DNA of 42,137 nt from Lysobacter sp. (GTDB lineage: Bacteria; Pseudomonadota; Gammaproteobacteria; Xanthomonadales; Xanthomonadaceae). Numbering within the stretch: the stretch's first letter is position 1; every line of letters begins with the position of its first letter. Location of the stretch: positions 1 through 42,137 of the forward strand of contig SCUY01000169.1 in the NCBI GenBank assembly GCA_004322525.1, written 5' to 3'. Of the stretch, positions 1-13,143 are shown in pieces. Made by a program: the position numbers and the translations under genes. The notes below the pieces were generated by a model, which ran no database searches, was not told where the DNA came from, and saw only the letters and a list, made by a program, of their open reading frames with translations.

Positions 1-116
1 GGACCCGCGGACCCGCGGGTCCGCGAGAAGTTTCGCCTCAAGATTGAGTCGGCGAACGCGCCACTCACGACACCAGCTGATTACATTTATGTAGAGCCGC
101 GACTAACACTGGACGC

Positions 117-150
117 AAAAAAACGCCCCCGTCATGCGGGGGCTTTATTT
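117..150 (-). terminator. Intrinsic terminator downstream of aceE (possibly bidirectional)
   Basis: GCCCCCG-TCATG-CGGGGGC stem-loop flanked by an A-run (U-tract on the minus strand) and TTTATTT, just after the aceE stop. Confidence 0.8.
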
Positions 151-153
151 GCG

Positions 154-2856
<2,703 letters not shown>

Positions 2857-2903
2857 GCGGTCACGGCCCCTTGGCCGTCGGTGTTTGTGCAGGGGAAGCC
2901 TTG

Positions 2904-2912
2904 ATTCTAGCA
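2904..2912 (-). promoter_or_regulatory. Putative extended -10 (TGC-TAGAAT) for aceE
   Basis: Minus strand reads TTGCTAGAAT about 50 nt upstream of the aceE ATG. Confidence 0.5.
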
Positions 2913-3039
2913 AGCGCACAGAGCGGCTCCGGCGCGCTGAAATCGAATGCGTGACGGTGGTGCGGGCGCGTGTGCAGTCGATTGCGGGGCCGATGCGATG
3001 ACTCCGCACTGCCGTCCGTCGGCATGACTTATGGCCCGG

Positions 3040-3077
3040 TTGACATCTACTACACGGTTAGTACTAATAGCGCCGTA
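3040..3077 (+). promoter_or_regulatory. blaI promoter region: -35 TTGACA followed by tandem BlaI-type operators
   Basis: TTGACA at 3040-3045; TACTA-CACGGT-TAGTA at 3048-3063; overlapping degenerate TACTA-ATAGCG-CCGTA at 3062-3077. The -10 is ambiguous. Confidence 0.7.
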
Positions 3078-3097
3078 CCCCACTGCAAGGCCTGCCC

Positions 3098-3484
3098 ATG
3101 GCGACCCCCAACCCCACCGAAGGCGAACTGGCGATCCTGCGCGTGCTGTGGTCGCGCCGCGAGGCGATGACGGTGCGCGAGGTGCATGCCGAGCTGTCGA
3201 AAGGCAAGGACACCGCGTACACGACGGTGCTGAAGATGCTCACGATCATGGCCGACAAGGGCCTGGTGCGCCGCGACGAATCCGAGCGCAGCCATACCTA
3301 CCTTGCGATGCAGGACGAGCCGGTGGTGCAGTCGAACCTGCTGCGCGACCTGATGCGCCGTGCGTTCTCCGGTTCTGCGTTGACGCTGGTGCAGCGCGCG
3401 CTCGACGACGAGAGCGCGAGCGCCGAAGACCTGGACGCGATCGGCAGGATGATCGCGCAGGCCAAGGCCAAGCGGAAAGGCTGA
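3098..3484 (+). CDS. BlaI/MecI/CopY family transcriptional repressor
   Basis: PTEGELAILRVLW, TVREVH, AYTTVLKMLTIMADKGLVRR winged-helix pattern; 128 aa; TGATG stop/start overlap with the M56 gene. Confidence 0.93.
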   Translation: MATPNPTEGELAILRVLWSRREAMTVREVHAELSKGKDTAYTTVLKMLTIMADKGLVRRDESERSHTYLAMQDEPVVQSNLLRDLMRRAFSGSALTLVQRALDDESASAEDLDAIGRMIAQAKAKRKG

Positions 3485-5076
3485 TGGATTCGCTCGCCGC
3501 CCTGCAGTTCGGTATCGCGCCTGCGCTGGCATCGGCGCTGCTGCATGCGCTGTGGCAGGACGCGGTGCTCGGCGTGGTGGCGTGGGCGGTGCTGGCGGCC
3601 ATGTCGCGGTCGAGCGCGTCGCTGCGGCATGCGGTGGGGATGGTCTTCCTGCTGGCGATGGTGATCCTGCCGGCGTCGAACTTCGCGCACTTCTGGCAGG
3701 TGCCGGCGACGGACGTCAACAACGGGCTGCTGGCGGCGATGACGGCCCCGCAGGTCGGAGGCGCGAGTCCCCTGTACGAGCAGGAGTCGAGTCCGGTCGC
3801 CATCGTGCTGGCGTTGCTGTGGCTGACGGGCGTCACCGCGATGCTGCTGCGACATCTCGGCGGCTGGCGCCTGGTGAGCGCGCTCGAGAAGCATCCGTTC
3901 GAGCGGCTGCCGGCGGATTGGCAGCGTCGCGTCGACAGCCTGTGCGCGGCGATGCGGATCGGTCGCGACGTATCGGTGCGGTTGTCGAAGGATGTCGTCG
4001 GCCCGTTTACGGCGCGGCTGTTTCGCCCGGTGATCTGGCTGCCGCTGTCGCTGATCACGCAGCTGCCGCGCGAGCAGGTCGAGGCGCTGCTGGCGCACGA
4101 ACTCGCGCATGTCGCGCGCATGGACTGGCTGTGGAATGGATTGCAGTGCGTGGTCGAATCATTGCTGTTCTTCCATCCCGCGGCGTGGTGGCTCGGGCGG
4201 CGCATCCGCACCGAACGCGAACACGCCTGTGACGATCTCGCGGTGACGGCGTGCGGGGACGCCATCGCCCTGGCCGAGGCGCTCGCGCAACTCGAGCGTC
4301 AGCGGCAACCCGCTCCCCGTCTTGTACTCGCAGCCCATGGAGGCTCCCTTATGCAACGCATCACTCGACTCATCTCAGGCCCGCCCTCGCGCGGACGCTG
4401 GGGAACTCGCGCCGGCATCGCCGTCGTACTCGTCGCCGGCACCTTGCTGGTCGTGCAGCTCAGCGTCGCCGGCACCACACGCCCTGGACTGCGTATCCGA
4501 TCCACCACCGATGGCGTTCTGCGCCCCGGCGACATGCGCGAAATTTCGGCGCATGGACTCGATGGTGATCGTTACTACCGTGCCGATGTGGACGCCGACG
4601 GCCACCTTGTCGAGGTGTACAAGCGTGACGGAAAGTTGCGCCCGCTCGACGCGGGTGCACGCCGATGGCTCGCCGAAGTTTCGCGACTGAGCGTGCCGCC
4701 TGCACCACCGATGCCGCCCGCCCCGCCGATGCCACCGGAGCCGCCCGCGCCGCCCGAGATTTCCGACAGCGCCGAGTTCCAGTCGCTAATCCGCGTTGTC
4801 GCGGCAGATCCCGGCGTGATCGCCCGCCTCGGAACGCCCATCGCGATGGCATCGAACGCCGTGCATGGCCGCATCGATATGGACGCTCACCAGCTGACAG
4901 TGACCGCGACAGACGGCCGCACCCGCATGCAAGCGGACCCGGCCGCGAATGGCGACGCGGATGTGCGATTCGATCTGACCGGACCCAAGGGCCGCGCCAC
5001 GGTGCACGTCGGCGCCGAGCTCAAGCAAGGCACGTGGTCGATGAAGACGGTCGACCTGCAGGGCCCTGCGCGCTGA
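3484..5076 (+). CDS. M56 family (BlaR1/MecR1-like) membrane metallopeptidase sensor with Pro-rich linker and Coa1-like C-terminal domain
   Basis: ALLHALWQ N-terminal TM segments, RPVIWLP, LLAHELAHVAR (HExxH), FFHPAAWWL, EREHACDD, SLMQRITRL. ATG 3484 overlaps the blaI stop. Confidence 0.9.
   Translation: MDSLAALQFGIAPALASALLHALWQDAVLGVVAWAVLAAMSRSSASLRHAVGMVFLLAMVILPASNFAHFWQVPATDVNNGLLAAMTAPQVGGASPLYEQESSPVAIVLALLWLTGVTAMLLRHLGGWRLVSALEKHPFERLPADWQRRVDSLCAAMRIGRDVSVRLSKDVVGPFTARLFRPVIWLPLSLITQLPREQVEALLAHELAHVARMDWLWNGLQCVVESLLFFHPAAWWLGRRIRTEREHACDDLAVTACGDAIALAEALAQLERQRQPAPRLVLAAHGGSLMQRITRLISGPPSRGRWGTRAGIAVVLVAGTLLVVQLSVAGTTRPGLRIRSTTDGVLRPGDMREISAHGLDGDRYYRADVDADGHLVEVYKRDGKLRPLDAGARRWLAEVSRLSVPPAPPMPPAPPMPPEPPAPPEISDSAEFQSLIRVVAADPGVIARLGTPIAMASNAVHGRIDMDAHQLTVTATDGRTRMQADPAANGDADVRFDLTGPKGRATVHVGAELKQGTWSMKTVDLQGPAR
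4696..4758 (+). repeat. Coding proline-rich repeat (PPAPPMPPAPPMPPEPPAPPE) in the M56 protein
   Basis: Seven PPx triplets read directly from the sequence. Confidence 0.85.
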
Positions 5077-5093
5077 GTTTTTTTGCCCGCACG

Positions 5094-5123
5094 TACTAAC
5101 ACTTTCGTATTAACCGACTAGTA
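5094..5123. promoter_or_regulatory. Tandem BlaI-type operators upstream of the S41 peptidase
   Basis: TACTA-ACACTT-TCGTA (5094-5109) and TATTA-ACCGAC-TAGTA (5108-5123); same 14-bp offset as the pair upstream of blaI; AT-rich island. Confidence 0.7.
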
Positions 5124-5158
5124 GTCAACCGCGCCACAACCACAACAGGATGTTTTCG

Positions 5159-6259
5159 ATGAAAACTCGCAATCAACTCGCTCTCGCCCTCCTGATCGCC
5201 CTCGTGCAGGCACCCGCCCTCGCCCAGGAAAAGCCCGCTCCCGTCGTCGTCGATGCGGCCACGCAACACGCTGTCGTCGCGGAACTCGCGCGGCAGCTGC
5301 AATCGAACTATGTGTTTCCGGATGTCGCTATGAAGCTCGCCAAGTCCCTGCGCGCCAAGGACGCCGCCGGCGGCTATGCGAAGGCGACCGACGCCGAAAC
5401 GTTCGCCAAGGCGCTCGGCGATGACCTGCGTAAGGTAGGCGCGGACCTGCACTTCCAGGTCGCCTACGAACCCGGCTTCGGCCAACGCCCGCAGGACTCG
5501 CATGCGCAGCCGAGCCACGAAGACGTCGAGCGCATGCGCAGCGACATCGCGAGTCATGGCTACGGTATCGACAGCGTGCGGCGCCTCACGGGCAACGTCG
5601 GTTACATGGAAGTGCGCGCGTTCCCGCCGGCCGAGTACGGCAGCGACGCGGTGACCGCGGCGATGAAACTTCTGTCGGGCACGGACGCGCTCATCCTCGA
5701 CCTGCGCCGCAACGGCGGCGGCGAGCCCGACGGCGTCGCCTACCTGCTGAGCCACTTCTTCGCCGAGGGCGACAGCCGCCACCTCAACGACATCTACAGC
5801 CGCACCGACAACACCACGCGCCAGTACTGGACCAATCCCGCGGTGACGGTGCGCTACGGCAAACCGATCTACGTGCTGACGTCGAAGCGCACGTTCTCCG
5901 GTGGCGAAGAAGCGGCCTACGACCTGCAGACGCAGAAGCGCGCGACGCTCGTGGGCGAAGTGACGGGCGGTGGTGCGAACCCCGGCGAGGGCTACTCGCT
6001 CACGCACGGCTTCGCGGCGTTCATTCCGAACGGGCGCTCGATCAACCCGGTGACGAAGACCAACTGGGAACATGTCGGTGTGAAGCCGGACATCGCGGTG
6101 CCCGCAGCGGATGCGCAAAAGACGGCGCACGCGGCAATCCTGAAAACTCTGATGGCAGCGTCCACGAATGCAGACGAGAAAGCCGAAATGCAGGAGCTGA
6201 TCGCGATGGTGGAATCCGGCGTGGCCGAGGTACCGAACTACGCGCCGCCGCGGCGGTAA
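5159..6259 (+). CDS. Secreted S41 family peptidase (IRBP/tail-specific protease-like)
   Basis: Signal peptide ending ALA-Q; LILDLRRNGGGE, KPIYVLTS, TFSGGEE (catalytic Ser), VGEVTGGGANP, WEHVGVKPD; AGGA RBS before ATG 5159. Confidence 0.9.
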   Translation: MKTRNQLALALLIALVQAPALAQEKPAPVVVDAATQHAVVAELARQLQSNYVFPDVAMKLAKSLRAKDAAGGYAKATDAETFAKALGDDLRKVGADLHFQVAYEPGFGQRPQDSHAQPSHEDVERMRSDIASHGYGIDSVRRLTGNVGYMEVRAFPPAEYGSDAVTAAMKLLSGTDALILDLRRNGGGEPDGVAYLLSHFFAEGDSRHLNDIYSRTDNTTRQYWTNPAVTVRYGKPIYVLTSKRTFSGGEEAAYDLQTQKRATLVGEVTGGGANPGEGYSLTHGFAAFIPNGRSINPVTKTNWEHVGVKPDIAVPAADAQKTAHAAILKTLMAASTNADEKAEMQELIAMVESGVAEVPNYAPPRR

Positions 6260-6267
6260 GCACGTGC

Positions 6268-6302
6268 GCTTCTCGCTGCCCCGAGACCGGGCAGCGAGAA
6301 GC
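6268..6302. terminator. Strong stem-loop after the S41 peptidase gene (terminator or 3' stabiliser)
   Basis: 14-bp perfect inverted repeat GCTTCTCGCTGCCC / GGGCAGCGAGAAGC with 7-nt loop; no U-tract. Confidence 0.5.
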
Positions 6303-6363
6303 ATGCGGCGGCAGGGTGGCGGCGCATTGCTAGGATGCACACGCACCATGCACTGGAAGCCGC

Positions 6364-7281
6364 ATGCAAGCCCACGTTTCAATCGCGTTGAGTACGTACA
6401 ACGGCGAGCGCTATCTGCGCCAGCAGCTCGAATCGCTACTGGCGCAACGCGGCGTCGGTATTGAAATCGTCGCGGTGGATGACGGCTCGACCGACGGCAG
6501 TATCTCCATACTCGAGGAATACGCCGCGCGCGATAGTCGACTGCGCTGGGAGCCGAACGCGACGAACCTCGGGCCAACCGCCAGCTTCGAACGGGCACTG
6601 GCACTGTGCAGCGGGGAATGGCTCGCCCCCTGCGACCAGGATGACGTCTGGCATCCGGACAAGTTGCGCACGCTGGTCGATGCCATCGGCGATGCGGATC
6701 TGGCGTACTGCGATTCGGCCTATATCGATGCGGCGGGTGGCAGCATCGGCCAATGCCTGTCTGACGCCACCGCGATGCGCGAGGGCCGTGACCCGCGCCT
6801 GTTCTTTTTCGCCAATTCGGTTTCCGGCCACGCCACGCTACTGCGGCGTTCGCTGTACGAGGCCGCCAGGCCGTTCCCGGGGCAGGTCTTCCATGACTGG
6901 TGGCTCGCGATTGTCGCTGCGGGCCGCAACGGCGTGCATTACGTGCCACAGCCGCTCGTGGACTTCCGTCGCCACGCCGATACCTGCTCGTCGATGGGTG
7001 CACGGCAGGCCGGAACGCGGCCGGCGCTACGGGATGACTGGCTCGCGTGCCGGCTTGCCCTGCTCACTGCCTATGCCACGCGTGCACTGCGCCATAACGA
7101 AGCCGCGGCGGACTTCGTGCGGGCCATCAATGCGAGCGCTGCAGGCAGCGCAAACAGGCTGGCCGCGCTCGCCTGGTCACATCGCGTGGCCGCTCCGCGC
7201 TGGTCGGGCCTGCCCGCACTGGATGCCCTGCACCTGTACCTGCGCCTGCAACGCAAGGCCCGGCGGGCACGGCCCCGCTAG
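6364..7281 (+). CDS. Glycosyltransferase family 2
   Basis: VSIALSTYNGERYLRQQLESL, VDDGSTD, CDQDDVW, HDWW. Confidence 0.9.
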   Translation: MQAHVSIALSTYNGERYLRQQLESLLAQRGVGIEIVAVDDGSTDGSISILEEYAARDSRLRWEPNATNLGPTASFERALALCSGEWLAPCDQDDVWHPDKLRTLVDAIGDADLAYCDSAYIDAAGGSIGQCLSDATAMREGRDPRLFFFANSVSGHATLLRRSLYEAARPFPGQVFHDWWLAIVAAGRNGVHYVPQPLVDFRRHADTCSSMGARQAGTRPALRDDWLACRLALLTAYATRALRHNEAAADFVRAINASAAGSANRLAALAWSHRVAAPRWSGLPALDALHLYLRLQRKARRARPR

Positions 7282-8252
7282 CCGCGACCGAACAGACGGC
7301 GTGGCAGCAGCAGCTTGAGCGCACGCTCCGCGCTCTTGCGCCGCAGCCCCGGATGCCGCAGGCCACGCCACAGGGGCGACAGCCATTCACGGCGCGGACG
7401 ATCGAGGACCGCTTCACGCATTTCGGCCTCCAGCGCATACATCGCTGCGAGTTCGCGGCCGAGCCGGCGACGATCATCCGGCAGGTCCGGGCGCGCCTCG
7501 ACGCAGCGGAGCTGGTCCGCGGCGATTTCGCGGTACATCGACAGCACGCGGCGCTGGCGGCGCTCGAAAGCGGTGTAGTCCGTTCCGCTCCGATCGAATA
7601 CCCAGTCGCCGAGATTATTCGCATGGCGGCGGTAGGCGAGCAGCGCGTCGGGAAGGCAATGGCATTCGCCAGCGAGCACCGCGCGCAGCGTGAGCATGTT
7701 GTCCTCCACCCGCCCCTCCAGCGGGGGGAACTTCGTCAGCAGTGCTCGACGTATCGCCATCGATGCACCCAGCACCGCTGCAAGCCTGCCGCGACGGAGC
7801 AGCCAGCGCTGATCGATGACCGGCGGCGTGCCGCGTACGCGCGCCTCAAGGAGTGTGCCCACTGCATCCACGTCATCGACATGCGAGCCGACCACCTGTG
7901 CGGCGGGAAACTCCGCGAACCGCCGCAACAGGCGCTCCACGCGATGCTGGTAGCTGATGTCGTCGCCGGCGCAGCAGACCAGCACGTCGCCGGCCGCGAG
8001 GCGCGCGAGCTCGGTGAGATGCGCACACAGGCCGAGGTTGCGTGGCGTGCTGCGGACAGTGATGCGGTGCGGGCCGTCATACGTGGCGACGATCTCCCGC
8101 GCGATATCGAGGGTGCGATCCCCGCCGCAGTCATCCGAGACAATGATTTCGCATGGCACCGTCTGCGCAAGCGCTGAATGCAGCGCGTCGGCGATCGTCC
8201 CTTCGTTGCGGTACGCGATGACCAGGATCGTCGCGGACGGCAGCATCTCCAC
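7278..8252 (-). CDS. Glycosyltransferase family 2
   Basis: ILVIAYRNE, EIIVSDD, NLGL, AGDDIS, VEDN, LLAYRRH; GTG start 3 nt after the maeB stop. Confidence 0.85.
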   Translation of the reverse strand: MEMLPSATILVIAYRNEGTIADALHSALAQTVPCEIIVSDDCGGDRTLDIAREIVATYDGPHRITVRSTPRNLGLCAHLTELARLAAGDVLVCCAGDDISYQHRVERLLRRFAEFPAAQVVGSHVDDVDAVGTLLEARVRGTPPVIDQRWLLRRGRLAAVLGASMAIRRALLTKFPPLEGRVEDNMLTLRAVLAGECHCLPDALLAYRRHANNLGDWVFDRSGTDYTAFERRQRRVLSMYREIAADQLRCVEARPDLPDDRRRLGRELAAMYALEAEMREAVLDRPRREWLSPLWRGLRHPGLRRKSAERALKLLLPRRLFGRG

Positions 8253-8255
8253 CGG

Positions 8256-10562
<2,307 letters not shown>

Positions 10563-10626
10563 CGGATCGCGGCGGCGGACGGGCCTTCGATTCTACCGGC
10601 CCGCTCCCGGCGCGGCCCGGACGCAC

Positions 10627-11901
10627 TCAGAAGTCGAGCAGGAAAGCGCCCTCGGTGGCCACGCTGTCGAGCCGGATACGGTTGGCGAACAGCGAGAAGG
10701 CGAGCATCCCGGCCAAGCCGTTGATGCGTGTGATCCACGGTGGCAGCCAGCGCGGCGGCAGCAGGACCCCGGAGGCGAACAGCGGCTCGAAACGCTGCAC
10801 GTCGGCGAGTGTCATCTTGCCGGCGAACAGGCAGCGGCACAGGGCGAGCTTGCGCTGGCGCAGTGCCCAGCGGAAGAACGTATGCACGCCGACCAGCCCG
10901 CGCAGGTAGACGGTGTCCTTGGTGAATGCACAGCCGCCCGTGGTGGGCACGCCGCGGAAGATGCGCTGCGCGGAGGCGAAGCTCTCCTGCGGCGTCTGCC
11001 CGGACTCCAGAAAGACCCGGAAGATATCGATGAAGTCGGCGCCATCGAGCGCGAGCGCGACCGCCTCGATGCGCAGGCTGATGCGCTTCATGCGGCCGAT
11101 ATCGATGCTGCCGGTGATCTGCTCGGCGAACGTCGCCAGCCCCTCCTGGGTGGCGGTGGTGCGCGGCGAGGACAGCGAAAGGCTCGGCAGCACCGGTTGC
11201 TCACGGCCGTTGAGCGCGGTGATCGAATGCACGAAGGCTTCGTGCTGCAGCAGTTGCTGGCGATCGTAGTCGCTGAAGTGGGCGCTGGCACGCAGGCGGA
11301 TGCGCGTTGCGCCGGCGGCGGCCTTGGCGATGAGGCCCGGATCGAGCTCCACCTCGATCACGCGCCGGTTGAAGTAGTCGTCGAGATCCCCTTGCAGCTG
11401 CAGGCGCAGCGCGGTGGCGGAGATGCTGACCGTTTCGGCCGGCGACAGCAGGCCGCTGTCGAGCTCATCGGCGATGGAGATGAAATGTCGCGCCGCCTCG
11501 CGCGCGGTCGGGCCATTGCCGGGCAGCGTTTCGTTGGGCGCGCCGTAGAGCTCGGTCGAATAGGCGAGCACGGCCCGTGTGCCGAGTGCCTCGCACATCA
11601 GCGCGGCGGTGTTCCAGCTGCGCGCGGAATCGTAGATGTACTGGCCGAGCGGGTGGGTGTGATCCGCCAGCGCGATGATGCGCTGCAACTCCTCGCGCGC
11701 CTCGCGGAAATCGCTCACCGGATAGTCGATGACCGGCGGGCGCGCATTGCCCTTCGCATAGGCGTCGAGGAAGCCGGCTTCGGTGCCCGCCGGCCAGCTG
11801 ACCAGCGCGAGCACGCGGATGTCGCGCGCCACTTTCACCATGCGTGCGTCGAGCGCGGCGTGGTGCGCGATGTCCGGCGATGACGGGTTCGCGAATTCCA
11901 C
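10627..11901 (-). CDS. QEGLA-motif protein (DUF1704 / MATCAP-like zinc metallopeptidase; 'flavohemoglobin expression-modulating' family)
   Basis: HEAFVHSITALNG (HExxxH), TATQEGLATFAE, RIFRG, FTKDTVYLRGL; GTG start directly after the rsgA stop. Confidence 0.88.
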   Translation of the reverse strand: MEFANPSSPDIAHHAALDARMVKVARDIRVLALVSWPAGTEAGFLDAYAKGNARPPVIDYPVSDFREAREELQRIIALADHTHPLGQYIYDSARSWNTAALMCEALGTRAVLAYSTELYGAPNETLPGNGPTAREAARHFISIADELDSGLLSPAETVSISATALRLQLQGDLDDYFNRRVIEVELDPGLIAKAAAGATRIRLRASAHFSDYDRQQLLQHEAFVHSITALNGREQPVLPSLSLSSPRTTATQEGLATFAEQITGSIDIGRMKRISLRIEAVALALDGADFIDIFRVFLESGQTPQESFASAQRIFRGVPTTGGCAFTKDTVYLRGLVGVHTFFRWALRQRKLALCRCLFAGKMTLADVQRFEPLFASGVLLPPRWLPPWITRINGLAGMLAFSLFANRIRLDSVATEGAFLLDF

Positions 11902-13047
11902 CTAGCGGCGCCCGGGCCGGGTGTCCGGGCGGCGTCCCGAAGGCGGGCTGCCGGGCCTGGATTCGGATTTCTGCTGCTGGCGAGTCGCCAGCCGGCCTGC
12001 TGCGCCCGCCACCTCGTCCGCGAGCTTGCGGTAACTCGCCAGCCGTTGCGCGTCGAGCTCGCCCGACAGGATGGCCGCACGCACCGCGCAGCCGGGCTCG
12101 GCTTCGTGCGAGCAGTCGCGGAACCGGCATTCGCCGGTCAACGCCTCGACATCGGTGAACGTGTCGGCGACGGCTTCCTCGCCGGTCGGCTTGAGTTCGC
12201 GCATGCCCGGGGTGTCGATCAGGCAGCCGCCCTGTGGCAAGGGGATCAGCGCGCGATAGGTGGTGGTGTGGCGGCCGCGCGAATCGTTCTCGCGCACGCT
12301 CGCCGTCTTCATGCGCTCGATGCCTAGCAGCGAATTGGTCAGCGTGGACTTGCCGGCACCGGAACTTCCCACCAGCACCGCGGTGCGGCCAGGCCCGAGC
12401 CAGCGGTCGAGCTGGGCGACGCTCGCGGTGTCGCGCGCGTTGACAGCGAGGATGTCGACGCCATCCTCGACCACGGTCGCCAGCGCCTCCCGTGCCTCGG
12501 CGACAGTGGCGGCATCGGCCACGTCGGCCTTGGTCAGCACGATCACCGGTCGCGCGCTGCTGCCGTGCACCAGCAGCAGGTAGCGCTCGATGCGGCGCGG
12601 GTTGAAGTCGCCGTCCAGGCCGGAGACCACGAAGACGACGTCGATGTTCGCGGCGATCAGCTGCTGCTTGTAGTGCTCGCCCGCCGCCGCGCGCTTGATG
12701 GCGCTGCGTCGGGGTAGCAGGGCGACAGCCTTCGCCGCGTTGCCTTCGCCTTCGACAAGCAGCCAGTCGCCGACGCCCGGACGCTCGGTGGGGTCGGTAC
12801 GGCCGGCGCGGTAACCGGAGGGCTTGGCCCAGTCGGGCAATGACTCCACGCCGTAACCCTCGCCCGGTGCCTCGGCGACGATGTAGCCGCTGCGGTGCTG
12901 CTCGACCACCCGGGCGGCCCGGGCATCGGGATGCGCGGCCAGCAGGCTGGCCCAGTCGGACCAGTCGGGCGATCGGGCATCGAACGGCCAGCCGATCGCG
13001 CGAAGCGCGTCGACGGCGGGCGTGATGACGGCCGTGGAATCGGACAT
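11902..13047 (-). CDS. rsgA: Ribosome small subunit-dependent GTPase A
   Basis: Circularly permuted GTPase: VGDW, QLIAANID, TKAD, GSSGAGKS, GRHTTT, DTPG, Zn finger CRFRDCSHEAEPGC. Start placed at ATG 13047. Confidence 0.95.
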   Translation of the reverse strand: MSDSTAVITPAVDALRAIGWPFDARSPDWSDWASLLAAHPDARAARVVEQHRSGYIVAEAPGEGYGVESLPDWAKPSGYRAGRTDPTERPGVGDWLLVEGEGNAAKAVALLPRRSAIKRAAAGEHYKQQLIAANIDVVFVVSGLDGDFNPRRIERYLLLVHGSSARPVIVLTKADVADAATVAEAREALATVVEDGVDILAVNARDTASVAQLDRWLGPGRTAVLVGSSGAGKSTLTNSLLGIERMKTASVRENDSRGRHTTTYRALIPLPQGGCLIDTPGMRELKPTGEEAVADTFTDVEALTGECRFRDCSHEAEPGCAVRAAILSGELDAQRLASYRKLADEVAGAAGRLATRQQQKSESRPGSPPSGRRPDTRPGRR

Positions 13048-13054
13048 GGGCCTG

Positions 13055-13060
13055 ATTCTA
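13055..13060 (-). promoter_or_regulatory. -10 element TAGAAT 7 nt upstream of the rsgA ATG (leaderless geometry)
   Basis: Minus strand GCTAGAAT-CAGGCCC-ATG; no Shine-Dalgarno. Confidence 0.6.
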
Positions 13061-13143
13061 GCGGCTCGCCGTGCGGCGCCGGTCAGCGTGGCCACGGGGA
13101 TTTCCGTTAGGCTGGCCGCCATTTTTCGCACCCCTTGCCTGCC

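Noticed and set aside
82-93. TACA-TTTA-TGTA as a third BlaI operator
   Set aside because: Spacing is TA-N8-TA, not the TA-N6-TA seen in the other sites.
3031-3483. 151-codon in-frame extension upstream of the M56 gene, overlapping blaI
   Set aside because: Arg/Gly-rich off-frame reading of blaI; the TGATG stop/start overlap at 3482-3486 gives the natural start.
5058-5084. Possible terminator after the M56 gene (GCAGGGCCCTGC...TTTTTTT)
   Set aside because: Short stem separated from the T-run by about 8 nt; the T-run may be part of the S41 promoter region.
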